The notes under the pieces: model-generated | Told to the model about the DNA's origin: nothing | Database searches by the model: none | The model's input: only the letters and a program-made list of their open reading frames with translations | Position numbers and translations under genes: made by a program | Shown here: one piece after another, positions 30,827-41,412 of the stretch | Layout: the number at the start of each line of letters is the position of its first letter | Position numbering within the stretch: the first letter of the stretch is position 1 | NCBI GenBank assembly: GCA_963751345.1 | Contig: CAVVUS010000018.1 | Coordinates: forward strand, 32,001 to 96,000 | Direction of reading: 5' to 3' | DNA: 64,000 bases | Source: an uncultured Chloroflexia bacterium | GTDB lineage: Bacteria > Chloroflexota > Anaerolineae > B4-G1 > SLSP01

Positions 30827-32371
30827 CTAGGCCACAGGCAGCGTGAAACGGACTTTCGTGCCCTCGCCCTCTTCGCTGTCGATGCGGAGGCTGCCGCCGT
30901 GAGCCTCGACGAGCGCGGCGGCGATGGAGAGGCCGAGGCCGCTGCCGCCCTGGTCCGTGCCTCTGGACCGCACCCTCGCCCTGTCTGCCCGGTAGAAGCG
31001 CTGCCCGATCTGCGGCAGGTCGTTGGCGGAGATGCCGATGCCGGTGTCCTCCACAGCGACCTGCACCATCTCGCCCATGCGCCCGACCTGCACGGTGACG
31101 GTGCCGCCGAGATGCGAGTACTTGATGGCGTTGTCCAGCAGGTTGACCAGGACCTGGGCAATGCGGTCGCCATCCGCCCACGCAAGGGGTGCGTCCGGCT
31201 CGGCCCTCAGGCTCATCTTGACGTCGCGCTCCGCAGCCCGCGGCCCCATCCGCTCGATCGTGTTCCGTGATAACTCGGCAAGGTCCTGCGGCTCGCGGCG
31301 GAGGTTCAGCCCTTCCGCATCGGCGCGGGTGAGGACTAACAGATCGTTGACGAGGCGGATCAGACGGTCGGTCTCGGTCTCCACCGTCTCCAGGAACCGG
31401 TCTCGGACGGCGGCGTCGTCGACCGCGCCGTCGCGGAGCGTTTCCACGGTCCCCTTGATCGCGGTCAGCGGCGTGCGGAGCTCGTGAGAGACGTTCGCCA
31501 CGAACGTGGTCTGGGTCTGCCGCGCGGCCATCAGACGGGCTGTCATATCATTGAAGGTGCGGCTGAGGCGGCCAAGTTCGTCGTTCGAGCGTACGGGCAC
31601 CTGATGATCGAATTGACCCTGCGCGATGGCACCGGCTGCCGTCGTCAGGCGCTGCAGCGGTCGGGTGATGGCCTGCGAGAGCAGCAGCGCGACCAGGCCG
31701 GAGAGCGCGAGGGCGATGGCGGTGGACCAGATCAAGCGCGTGCGCAGGTCGCCCAGGACGGCATCCACGTCGCGAAGCGGCTGGGTCAGGTAGACCACGC
31801 CCGCCAGGTTGCCGTCGACCATCACCGGCATCGCGACGGCCATCAGCGTCTGCTGCACGTCTTCCAGTGTGCTACTGCCGTAGTTGCCCTGCAGCGCCTG
31901 CACGACCAATGTGTCGTCGCTCAAGATCGTTCCCGCGGGTCCGCCGGCGGAATCGACCAGCACGGTGCCCGTCGTATCCAGTACCCGGATGCGTGTGTCG
32001 AGTTGGGTGCCCAGTTGGATCGAGGAATCCGCCAGGTAGCTCAGGTCGAGATCGCTCAGCGTCACGGCGTCGGAGGGCAGCGAGAGGTTCTCGGCCTGCA
32101 GGGCCAGGTTGCCGGTCTGCCGCTGTTGCACGGCGTTGGATAGCGGCGACTGCACCTCTGCCGATGGTCCGGCTGCAATCGCGCCCGGAATCAGGGTTTG
32201 GGCCGTGATACGGGCCTGAGCTACAAGGCTCTGCTCCGTCGACGTGAGGAAATAGCGGTGAAGAAAGGTCAGCAACAGAAGGCCGGCCAGTCCCATCGCC
32301 AGGATGATGAGACCGAGGTGACTCAACAGAAGCTTCAGCCGCAGGCTGGCCCGCACTGTATCGGTGCGCAT
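30827..32371 (-). CDS. HAMP-domain sensor histidine kinase (HisKA)
   Basis: Two TM helices, HAMP, ANVSHELRTPLT, NLLDNAIKY, GSGLGLSI. Confidence 0.93.
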   Translation of the reverse strand: MRTDTVRASLRLKLLLSHLGLIILAMGLAGLLLLTFLHRYFLTSTEQSLVAQARITAQTLIPGAIAAGPSAEVQSPLSNAVQQRQTGNLALQAENLSLPSDAVTLSDLDLSYLADSSIQLGTQLDTRIRVLDTTGTVLVDSAGGPAGTILSDDTLVVQALQGNYGSSTLEDVQQTLMAVAMPVMVDGNLAGVVYLTQPLRDVDAVLGDLRTRLIWSTAIALALSGLVALLLSQAITRPLQRLTTAAGAIAQGQFDHQVPVRSNDELGRLSRTFNDMTARLMAARQTQTTFVANVSHELRTPLTAIKGTVETLRDGAVDDAAVRDRFLETVETETDRLIRLVNDLLVLTRADAEGLNLRREPQDLAELSRNTIERMGPRAAERDVKMSLRAEPDAPLAWADGDRIAQVLVNLLDNAIKYSHLGGTVTVQVGRMGEMVQVAVEDTGIGISANDLPQIGQRFYRADRARVRSRGTDQGGSGLGLSIAAALVEAHGGSLRIDSEEGEGTKVRFTLPVA

Positions 32372-32373
32372 AC

Positions 32374-33057
32374 TCAGGGCTCCAGCTTGTAGCCCACGCC
32401 TCGTATGGTGACGATCAAGTCGCGGTCGGGGCTTGCTTCCCTCAGCTTTGCCCGCAGGCGCTTGATCACGGCATCCACGACCCGGTGATCGCCCAGGTAA
32501 TCGTACCCCCACACCTGCTGGAGGAGCTGTTCCCGCGTGAGCACGTGCTCACGATTCTCCGTCAGCGTATGGAGCATCTCGAACTCGAGCGTGGTCAGAT
32601 CTAGGGGGCGGCCTCCAAGTCGCGCCTCATAGCGGCCCTTGTCCACGAAGAGATCGCCTGCGCGAAGCACGGTCTCCACGCCGTCCGACCCCTGCTGTGT
32701 TCGGCGCAACACGGCCTTGACCCTCGCCAACAGTTCGCGCACGCTGAATGGCTTGACGACGTAATCGTCAGCCCCCAACTCCAACCCCAACACACGGTCG
32801 ATCTCCTCGTCTCGGGCGGTGAGCATGATGATCGGTACATCCTGCTCGTGCCGGATTTGGCGGCAGACCTCGATCCCATCGATCTTTGGCAGCATCAGGT
32901 CCAGGATGATGAGGTCGGGGCATTCGCGGCGGGCCAGGGCCAGCGCGTCCTCGCCGTCCCACGCGACCAGCACCTCATAGTGCGCTCGCTTGAGGTTATA
33001 GGTCAGCACATCAATGATGGGCTGTTCGTCGTCTACGATCAGGATTTTCGGTGGCAT
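32374..33057 (-). CDS. OmpR/PhoB-family response regulator
   Basis: ILIVDDE, LDLMLP, GADDYVVKPF, LRAKL..TIRGVGYK. Confidence 0.95.
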   Translation of the reverse strand: MPPKILIVDDEQPIIDVLTYNLKRAHYEVLVAWDGEDALALARRECPDLIILDLMLPKIDGIEVCRQIRHEQDVPIIMLTARDEEIDRVLGLELGADDYVVKPFSVRELLARVKAVLRRTQQGSDGVETVLRAGDLFVDKGRYEARLGGRPLDLTTLEFEMLHTLTENREHVLTREQLLQQVWGYDYLGDHRVVDAVIKRLRAKLREASPDRDLIVTIRGVGYKLEP

Positions 33058-33103
33058 GATGCAACTTCATTGTAGCAAGAACGCTGGCGTGGGTAAAGAG
33101 GAT

Positions 33104-33122
33104 GTGTGACAGCGGGATGACA
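33104..33122 (-). promoter_or_regulatory. Pho-box-like direct repeat upstream of the response regulator
   Basis: TGTCATCCCGCTGTCACAC on the minus strand; TGcTACAAT -10 box at 33069-33077. Confidence 0.6.
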
Positions 33123-33169
33123 AGATTGAGATATGTGGCGAACAGTCAGGGTCACTCGTCGCATCTCGT

Positions 33170-33197
33170 TTGACTCCTCCGCCTCGCATGGTATAGT
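33170..33197 (+). promoter_or_regulatory. Sigma70 promoter of the met leader
   Basis: TTGACT-N16-TATAGT with extended TG. Confidence 0.7.
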
Positions 33198-33207
33198 TGT
33201 CGCTTGG

Positions 33208-33339
33208 TTCTTATCGAGAGAGGTGGAGGGACCGGCCCTGTGAAACCTCGGCAACCCGGGCGTAGACGCGTCAAGCGCTGCGGCCCACGGTGCCAACTCC
33301 GACAGAAACCCTGCGGCAGCGGGTTCTGGAAGATGAGAG
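33208..33339 (+). ncRNA. SAM-I (S-box) riboswitch
   Basis: CTTATCGAGAGAGGTGGAGGGACCGGCCCTGTGAAACCTCGGCAACC...GGTGCCAACTCC...GAAGATGAG, upstream of met genes. Confidence 0.96.
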
Positions 33340-33359
33340 CGAAGCTATTTTGGCTTAGC

Positions 33360-33410
33360 GCCTCTTCAGATGCCCCGCAACAATGGGGCTGAGCTGAAGA
33401 GGCTTTTTGT
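33360..33410 (+). terminator. Intrinsic terminator (riboswitch expression platform)
   Basis: GCCTCTTCAG...CTGAAGAGGC followed by TTTTTGTT. Confidence 0.85.
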
Positions 33411-33487
33411 TGCCATCTCCTCTCGTGATTCGAACCTGTTGCGGAATGGTTGGATGGAATCGTTGGATCCAGTGGAGAGGAGCTGTC

Positions 33488-34698
33488 ATGACAACAGAAC
33501 ACGAAGCGACCCAGGCCGTACACGCGGGCGAGGAGAAGCGCAAGCCTTACGGAGCGCTGACCACGCCGATTGCCCAGACCTCAACCTACACCTTTGCGGA
33601 TACTGCCGAAGTTCTCGCGTATATGGCTCGTAAGGCTGAACGGACTGAAGCTCCGGGAGGCGGGAGGGGACCTCTCCCTGCGTGATGAGTACGGCCGCTA
33701 CAGCAACCCGACGCAGAAGGTCGTGGAGGGGAAGGTAGCGGCGCTGGAGGGCGCGGAGGGGGCCGTGCTCTTTGGTTCCGGGATGGCGGCGATCACGACG
33801 ACACTGCTCACGCTGCTCAAGGCCGGGGACCACGCTATCGTCGTCCGCGACGCTTACCGCAGGACGAAGGAGTTTGCCGCGGATTTCTTGCCCCGCTTCG
33901 GCGTCGAGACGACGTTGGTCCCGGTCGGTGACATCGACGGACTGGCCGCAGCCATCCGCCCTAACACACGCGTGATCTTTGGCGAGACGCCCACGAATCC
34001 CTATCTGCGGATCATGGACCTGGCTCGCGTGGCCGAGATGGCCAGACCCCGCGAGATCATCACCGTGGTCGACACTACCTTTGCCACCCCCATCAACCTA
34101 CGTCCGCTCTCGCTGGGGATCGATGTCGTCATCCACAGCGCGAGCAAGTACCTGGGGGGGCACAACGACCTGCTGGCCGGCGTGGTCGCCGGCGCCCACC
34201 GCTGGGTGACCGCAGTGGAGTACACACGCGGGTTGCTGGGATGCGTGGGCGGGCCGCAAGATGCCTACCTCCTATCGCGCGGGCTCAAGACGCTGGTGCT
34301 CCGCGTCCGACAGCAGAACGAAAATGGGATGCGCGTGGCGCAATTCCTTGAAGGGTCACCCGAAGGTGGCCCGCGTCTTCTATCCGGGGCTGCCCAGCCA
34401 CCCGGACTATGAAATCGCCCGGCGGCAGATGACGGGCTTTGGCGGTGTGGTCAGCTTCGAGATCGCCGGCGACAAGGAGCAGACCTCGCGCTTTGTCGAT
34501 GCTCTCCGGATTCCCTACATCGGGCCGACCTTGGGCGGTGTGGAGAGCATCATCCAGCAACAGGCGCTCTTCGTGTCGCTGGATCCGCAGGAGCGCCGGG
34601 CCTCGGGCGTCAGCGACAGCCTGGTGCGCTACGCCCTGGGGATCGAGGATGCGGACGATCTCATCGCCGACCTGGACCAGGCGCTGCGCGCGGTGTGA
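33488..34698 (+). CDS. metB: Cystathionine gamma-synthase family PLP enzyme (frameshifts near 33660 and 34350)
   Basis: [53 protein letters not shown]. Confidence 0.85.
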
Positions 34699-34815
34699 GA
34701 TTGGATGTCGGATGGTGGATACCGGATGCCAGAAGCCGGGCGGAATGCCGACGTCTCGATTCTGCATTCTTCCATTCTTGATTCTCTGATTCTCGAATCC
34801 CTGACTCGGAGCCCT
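34699..34815. repeat. Degenerate GGAT heptamer tract and ATTCT tract
   Basis: TTGGATGTCGGATGGTGGATACCGGATG ... GATTCTGCATTCTTCCATTCTTGATTCTCTGATTCTCG. Confidence 0.7.
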
Positions 34816-34817
34816 CA

Positions 34818-36235
34818 ATGATCGTACACAAGTTTGGCGGCACGTCGGTGGGCAGTGCGGAGAGGTTCGCCGCAGTGGCCGATATCGTGGCCGATCGCCA
34901 TCGGGCGGCATTGCGCACGTCTCAAGCCGGTTCGGTGGTCGTGGTCTCGGCGATGAGCGGCGTGACCAATCGGCTCCTCGCCGGCGCGTGGGCGGCTGCC
35001 GAGGGGCGCGAGGACGATTGCCGCGAAGCCGAGGGCGGAGATCCTGGACCCGCCATATGCGTGTGGTGGAGGCGCTTTTCTCGGACGACGACGAGCGAAC
35101 AGAGCTTGGCGCCTGGATCGAGGATCGTCTGCGCGAGTTGGCGCGGCTCTACCGGAGCATCGGTGTACTCGGTGAGCTCACGGCGCGGGGACGTGACCAC
35201 GTGGCTGCGTTTGGCGAGCAACTCTCAGTTCACATCCTCGCAGCAGCCCTCCGCGCTCACGGGCTGCGTTCACGGGCATTGCTGGCTACCGAGTTGATCG
35301 TGACCGACGATCACTTCGAAGCCGCAGTGCCCCTGATGGAGCTGACGCGGTCGAGGCTGCAGACCAGGGTCAAGCCCCTGGTAGATCGGGACATCATACC
35401 GGTGATCACAGGCTTTATCGCGGCGACGGAGGACGGGGTGACGACGACGCTGGGTCGTGGCGGCAGCGACTACACCGCCGCCATCGTCGGCTCGGGTCTG
35501 GACGCCGACGAAGTGTGGATCTGGAGCGACGTGAACGGCATCCTCACCGCCGACCCCAACCTGGTGCCAAGGGCCAGGACGCTGCGCGAGCTGTCGTATG
35601 CCGAGGCCTCGGACCTCGCCTATTACGGCGCGGACGTACTCCATCCCAAGACGATCCGCCCCGTTATCGAGCACAGCATCCCACTGCGTATCCTGAACAG
35701 CTTCGATCCGGCGGATCCCGGCACCCTGATCGTGGAGACGCCTCATCCGGGGCGGGTGCATCTGCCCGCGATCATCTCCACGACTGGGCTGAGCCTGATT
35801 GCGATCGGCAGCCAGGATGACTCCTGGTCGCTCACGATGGTGGCTCGCGCTCTGCAGGGGCTGAGCGAGGGCGGGATCGACGTGCTGATGTTCTCGCAGT
35901 CCTTCTCGGAGCACAGCCTCAACCTCATTGTCCGGCGCCAGGACCAGGAGCGTTGTCTCAGGACGCTCCGCGCGACCTTCGCGGTGGATCTCGAGAGCGG
36001 CGCCTGTGTCCTCGGCATCAAGGAGCAGGTCGCAACTGTCTCTGTGGTAGGGGTACCCGGCTGGAATGAGACGGGGATCGTCTCGCATGCTTTCGCTGCT
36101 CTGGGGGCGCACGGGACCCGGGTCATTGCGGTGGCCCAGGCTGCGACCGAATACAGCGTCTCTTTCTGTATCCCCGAGGATCAGGTGGGGGACACGGTGC
36201 GCTTCCTGCATCGCGATCTGGGGTTGGAGGACTAG
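34818..36235 (+). CDS. lysC: Monofunctional aspartate kinase (frameshift near 35035)
   Basis: HKFGGTSVG, VVSAMSGVTN, TTLGRGGSDY, DVNGILTADP, two ACT domains. Confidence 0.9.
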
Positions 36236-36239
36236 CAGT

Positions 36240-36300
36240 ACCTTCCGGGTTGCTGCAGGTGGAGTGCCGCCGCAGACGGCGTGCCAGCAACCCGGAAGGT
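36240..36300. terminator. 16-bp inverted repeat between convergent genes
   Basis: ACCTTCCGGGTTGCTG...CAGCAACCCGGAAGGT. Confidence 0.7.
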
Positions 36301-36309
36301 GATTTGCCT

Positions 36310-37742
36310 CTACTCGCCGATCTCCATCCGCGTGACGGTGATCTGCGCGTTGTAGGCGTCGGGGACGTTCGTGCGCAGGAGCCCCCAGACGTGGATCACG
36401 GTGCCGGTGTCGCGAAGCGCCACGATCTGCTCGCCCAGCGCGCCCTCGGCCCAGATGCCAAAGCGGCTGCCGTTCTGGTCCATCATCTGGAAGTAGTCGT
36501 CCACCTGCGCCATCTCCGGCGTGCTCACGACGACGCCGACCCAGTCCTCGACCGGTTGGGTGACGACCTCGGGGGCCTCCGGCCGCTCGTCGACGTCGAT
36601 TCGCGTCACGACGATCTGGCGACCGCCGGCGTCGGGCACGTCATTGACCAGCCGGCCCCACACGTGCACCTGCCGGCCCGAGTCGCGCAGGGCCACGATC
36701 TGTTGCCGCAGCGCCTCGTCTTGCGCGTCGATGCCGTAGGTGCCCGCGTCGAAGCTCAGGCGCTCGAAGCTGTCGTCGAACTGGGCGCCGCTCGGGCATG
36801 CCCTTGATCAGCCCGACCCAGTCGTTCACGCCCGTGACGTTAGGGCCCTCGGGCAGGTCCGCCGCTGCGAGAGCCTCACCGCCCTCGACGCGGCTGACCC
36901 GGATCTGGCATCCGTTGACGTCGGGGACGCCGCAGGTCAGCTCGCCGAAGACGAGACGACGGTGCCGGTGTCGCGAAGCGCCTCGATCTGCCGGGCGACC
37001 TCCGCGTCCGGCGCGTCGATCCCGTAGCGGACCGGGAAGGATGGGTCGATCCAGCACGAAGACGTCGTCGAACTGCGCGCCTGCCGGGAGGCTCTCGATC
37101 GTCCCGTGCCATGCCTCGACGGGGTCCGGGGCGAGGATGTCGCCGGGGCCGTCGGGCCGCACGCGGGTCACCTCGACCTGGCAGCCGTCGAACTCGGCGA
37201 CGTCGCAGGACAGAGTCCCCCAGATGTGGGCGGCCGTCCCGCTGTCGCGCAGCCTCACCAGGGTGGTCGCGACCTCGTCATTCGCCGGGATCAGGCCGGC
37301 ATTCCCGGACTCCTTGGGGCTCAGGACGAGGTAATACGTCAAAAGGCTGCCCCGCGGGCGGCGTGATCACGAAGCCGCACCAGCCGTCGACCGGCTGCAC
37401 GGCTACTTCGGGTACAACTGCCTCAGATGCGGCCGCCTCGGGCGCATTCGCCTCACACTCACCGCGGAAGAAGGCCCACTCGTCGCACTCGCTGCCGTCG
37501 GCGAAGACGCAGACTCCGTATTGGCCACCATCGGCGTCCGTGCGGATGTCCAGTGTCCCGCCCTGCTCCCCGCAGAAGACTGAAGCCGGATTTGCCATGC
37601 CCGCGCCGGTCGCTTCCACGGCTGTTGGCTCAGTGTTGATCTCAACCTCCGGTGCCGATTGGGCTGCGACGGCCGTGCAGCCGCTGATGATTAGGGCACA
37701 GAGTGCCAGCAATGACGTGACCCATCGTAGTTTACCGTTCAT
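36310..37742 (-). CDS. Lipoprotein with DUF333 and four tandem 90-100 aa repeats (frameshifted)
   Basis: Lipobox ISGC, MANPASVFC..GG..GVC..DGSECDEWAFFRGEC, four W-x-G..AQFDD..ALRD[ST]G..WG.L repeats. Confidence 0.8.
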
Positions 37743-37832
37743 CTTTGACCTCTTTCACATGTATAGGGGAAGGGATGCCTGTCTTTGTACTTTTCGTCGT
37801 CGAGGCACCGTTATTTCGTGGGCCTCGATATG

Positions 37833-37860
37833 AAGACGACGTATCCCTGCGGGAGGTTCC
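37833..37860 (-). promoter_or_regulatory. ECF-type promoter GGAACC-N16-CGTCTT
   Basis: Minus strand, upstream of the DUF333 lipoprotein. Confidence 0.6.
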
Positions 37861-38017
37861 GCTATAGTTGGGAGGTCTATGGAAACCGGCCATGTGGCCA
37901 GGGGGCGAGGCGGAGCTGAGGATCGCGCCCGCGATTTTCGGCCACGGCCTATGGCGATGGAGTCGTCGCCAATGGCGGCGCCGGTGAACGGGGCCGGATC
38001 GGTTGCAGTTGTTGTGA

Positions 38018-38068
38018 AGCCCGATTGATCGGGCGCAGCTCTTGTAGCCCGGCAATTGATTGCCGGGC
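38018..38068. repeat. Two REP-like palindromes
   Basis: GCCCGATTGATCGGGC and GTAGCCCGGCAATTGATTGCCGGGC. Confidence 0.7.
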
Positions 38069-38093
38069 AGGGCAGGTCGGGAGCGGTGCTAGC

Positions 38094-38841
38094 TCACAGG
38101 CTTCCCGCGAGGAAGGCGTCGCAGACGGTGCGGAACTGCTTCGCGTGGCTCCACATCATCGGGTGGCCGCCGCCCTTGGCCAGGACGAGGCGTGCGTCGG
38201 GGATCTGGCACGCCATCTCGGGTAACTGGCCCGCGACGTCGGGCAACAGCTCGTCGTCCAACAGCGCCGTGAGCAGGACAGGGCACGCGATCAGCCCGAG
38301 GGCCTCGGGCACCATCCGTCCGCCCCGCCGAGCGAGGCGCCGCAGCATATCGCTGTCGGCATCGACCACCTGTGCCCAGTCGTCCCCCTGGGCGCCTTGC
38401 CAGAACGCGACTTGATCCGGCGTGCGCCGTTCGCGATCCGCCATCTCGGCCAGGAGCGCCTCAGGTGGATAGGTGGCGATCGTGCTGTCCGCGACGACGG
38501 CCTTGACCCGATGCGGGTGGAGCACCGCCATCCAGAGGGCGACCACGGCCCCTCCGCTGGTGCCCATCACGACCGCCTCCTCTTCGTCGAGATGCGCCAC
38601 CAGCGCGGCGGCATCGTGGGCCGCCTGCTCGAACCAGTCGTCGGGCCATCTGATCCAGCCGGTCCGATTGGCCGGTGCCCCAGAAATCCAGCGAAACGGT
38701 GTGATAGCGCGCCCCAAAGTGGGCCAGTTCGCCTTCGTGGCACGCTGACGTGGCGGTGTTGCCCGGCAGGATCAGAAGCAGCGGGCCGTCGCCGCGCTCG
38801 CGGTAGAAAAGCCGGTGATTGGTATGGGTGAACTCTGGCAT
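38094..38841 (-). CDS. Alpha/beta hydrolase (frameshift near 38650)
   Basis: GDGPLLLILPG, DFWGTGQS, GTSGG nucleophile elbow, GGHP. Confidence 0.85.
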
Positions 38842-39009
38842 AGAGACTCCTGGGGCGTGCTCGCATCGCTCGTCTGGCGGGAGCAGCGTATTCTATACGC
38901 TTGATTATATCACGCGTGTCGGATGCTTGTTAGCCTTTGACCTCAACGACGGCTGCGAGTATGCTGGAGCGTAAGGCGCCACGTTATCGGCCAGATGTAA
39001 GGAGTGCAT

Positions 39010-40240
39010 ATGGAGACAAACACGGACCCGGCCCTCGGCCTCCTTGCGGGTCAACCGGACCTCGACACAATCCTCGCCCTATATCCTCGACCGACGGGAG
39101 AGCCTGCGCTGGACCCCGACGATATCTCCCGGCGGGTCGACCGGCTCAAGACGACGCCCGATGTCGATACAGGACATCCGCTTCTGGACCGATCGGTAAG
39201 GGTCGGTCTCGCCTCGATCGACGCGACGTTTGAGGGCGATCATCCGAAGTATGGCGTGGGCGTCTATGGTCAGCCGGAGCACGATGGCTTTCCCGCCGAC
39301 GATCATCGCGTCCGTCGACGCGCTCTCGGCCTGGGGGCTCAGCGAACGCGCCGCGCAGCTCTTCCGCTATTGGCTCGTCACCTTTGTGCGGGATGATGGC
39401 ACGTTCGACTACTACGGGCCCGCGATCAGCGAGTACGGGCAACTGCTCCATACAGGTGCGCTGCTCTTCGAGCGCGCGGGGACCGACGGATGGTGGTCGG
39501 ACGCGTATGACCGCCTCGCACGTATCGCCGACTACCTGTTGGCACTCCGGTCTGAGGCTGCTGCTCAGGACCGGTTGATCGCCGGATCGCCCGAGGCGGA
39601 CACGCGGAACGACACCGCCCAGTATTTCCACAACAACGCCTGGGTGGCGCGGGGGCTGATGCGGTGGGCAGAACTGTGCGAGCGGATCGGGGTGTCTCCG
39701 TCGACGCCTCTGCCCGTCTTACGCGAGGCCGCTGACACGCTGGCCCGCGATACGCTGCGGGCGATTCGTGAAACGTGGCCTGATGATGCGTCAGGCAGAC
39801 CTAACGATGCGTCGGACTGGTGGCTCTCGCCGCAGGTGGAGCCGGTTGAGAGACCGGATAGCCTCACTGCCACGGAGAAGGCGTCGTACACCAACTATCG
39901 CTACTGGCCCGAGCTGCTCTCCAGCGGCCTCCTGCCGCCGGCGATGGCACATCGCCTGGTGGCGGCGCGCGTCGCCGGGGGTGGGCAGTTCTGCGGGATG
40001 ACCCGGTTCGCGGATCACCTGGACGACTGGCCGCTGGCCGACTACCTCTACGGCCTCTGGTCCCTGGGCCGGCGCGACGACTTTCTGCTCAGTCTCTACG
40101 GTCACGTTGCCTACCATCAGGCGGAGGGGCATCTGACGGCATATGAGCAGGTCAGCCTCCCGCCGGGAAGGCCGAAAGCCGACTACTGCCTGCCGTGCCA
40201 GTTGGTTGCGGCGAGGGCAGCCAGGCTGCTGGTGACGTAG
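39010..40240 (+). CDS. Hypothetical protein, possible six-hairpin glycosidase-like fold (frameshift near 39290)
   Basis: HPKYGVGVY..DGFPPT, YFHNNAW, YTNYRYWPE; helical and aromatic-rich. Confidence 0.55.
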
Positions 40241-40359
40241 AACGCGCCCGCAGAACTATCTTTGACTTTGCTCCGGAAAAGTAAGGGGTCTCCCAGGGCG
40301 ACGGACTGCGTTGACCGAGAGTCTGAAGGCAGCACCGGGTCCATAGTCCGATGAAGCCA

Positions 40360-40404
40360 AGTGCCGGGGACCGCAAACGCCTTCCGACGTGCGTCCCCGG
40401 CACT
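40360..40404. repeat. REP-like hairpin, same family as 28126
   Basis: AGTGCCGGGGAC...GTCCCCGGCACT. Confidence 0.8.
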
Positions 40405-40415
40405 GCAGATACTAT

Positions 40416-41366
40416 CTACTCGTGCACGTTCACCAGCGTGCCGACATCCGCGAAGCCGAAGAGCCATTCGGCCATGTCATTCGGCTGGTTGATGCAGCCG
40501 TGGCTCATCGGGTGACCCCAATTGGCGTGCCACCAGACCCCGTGAAGCCCGTACCCCTGGTAGAAGTACATGACAAACGGCACATCCTTCAGATAGTAGT
40601 CCGGACCTTCCATATCGTCGTAGCGATACTTGACGTAGATCCTGAACTGCCCCACCGGCGTCGGCGTGCCCGGCAACCCGGTCGAGACGAGGTAGCTCTG
40701 GACGGGTGTCTGCCCCTCATATGCTGTCAGCCGCTGCGCGGAGAGGTCGATGTCGATCCAGCGATCCTCGGTGATCGATCCGGCGGGCGCGGGCTCGAAG
40801 ATCGGCGCCGTGACGGTGGGACCCGGCAGATCGGTCGCGGGCACCTCCGGCACGCCTTCGATGTCGAAGGCCGTCGCGAAGTCGCCCGAGACGTAGGCGG
40901 TCTCGCCCTGATACTCAACCCGCCACCAACTCCCGTACCATCCGGTGACCGGCACCTCGGTGCCCGGGTCGAGGAAACCGACCTTGTCGTAGTCGGTGCT
41001 CGGCCCGCGACGCACGTTCACACCACCATCGCCGGCGACAAGCCGGGGGCTCGGCGGAACGGGTGTGGGCGGAAGTGGCGTGGGTGTCACGGTGGGCGTC
41101 GGAAGAGGCGTGGAGGTCGGCACCGCGGTTGCCGGTACCACCGTGGGAGCGACCGTCGCGGGAGCGGTCTCCGGTGGCAGCGGCGTCGCCGTCGCGATAG
41201 GAGCGGCGTCGGCTTCCTCGGGCGCGAGCACCGCGACCAGGCCGTAGCCTGTGCGGACGGCGAGCCCGAGGACGAAGAGGACCACGGTCACGGTCAGGAT
41301 CAGGGTCAAGACCGCGCTGAGGCGGTCAAGTCCGGTTGGTCGATGGTTGGCGTTATGTTCGTTCAT
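40416..41366 (-). CDS. L,D-transpeptidase with SH3b domain and PT-rich linker
   Basis: TM anchor, VNVRRGPSTDY, WIDIDLSAQRL, LHG..SHGCIN. Confidence 0.92.
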   Translation of the reverse strand: MNEHNANHRPTGLDRLSAVLTLILTVTVVLFVLGLAVRTGYGLVAVLAPEEADAAPIATATPLPPETAPATVAPTVVPATAVPTSTPLPTPTVTPTPLPPTPVPPSPRLVAGDGGVNVRRGPSTDYDKVGFLDPGTEVPVTGWYGSWWRVEYQGETAYVSGDFATAFDIEGVPEVPATDLPGPTVTAPIFEPAPAGSITEDRWIDIDLSAQRLTAYEGQTPVQSYLVSTGLPGTPTPVGQFRIYVKYRYDDMEGPDYYLKDVPFVMYFYQGYGLHGVWWHANWGHPMSHGCINQPNDMAEWLFGFADVGTLVNVHE

Positions 41367-41412
41367 CGGTTTCCCTTTTTCTTTTCTTGTCGTCGCTTAT
41401 ATAGTCGCACCT

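Noticed and set aside
33488-36235. Programmed frameshifting or pseudogene status for metB and the aspartate kinase
   Set aside because: No slippery sites seen, and similar indels occur throughout the window, which fits sequencing error.
37950-38000. GGCGATGGAGTCGTCGCC resembles the 5' end of a fluoride riboswitch
   Set aside because: The 3' GCTRATGACTCC pseudoknot half is absent and there is no downstream gene on that strand.
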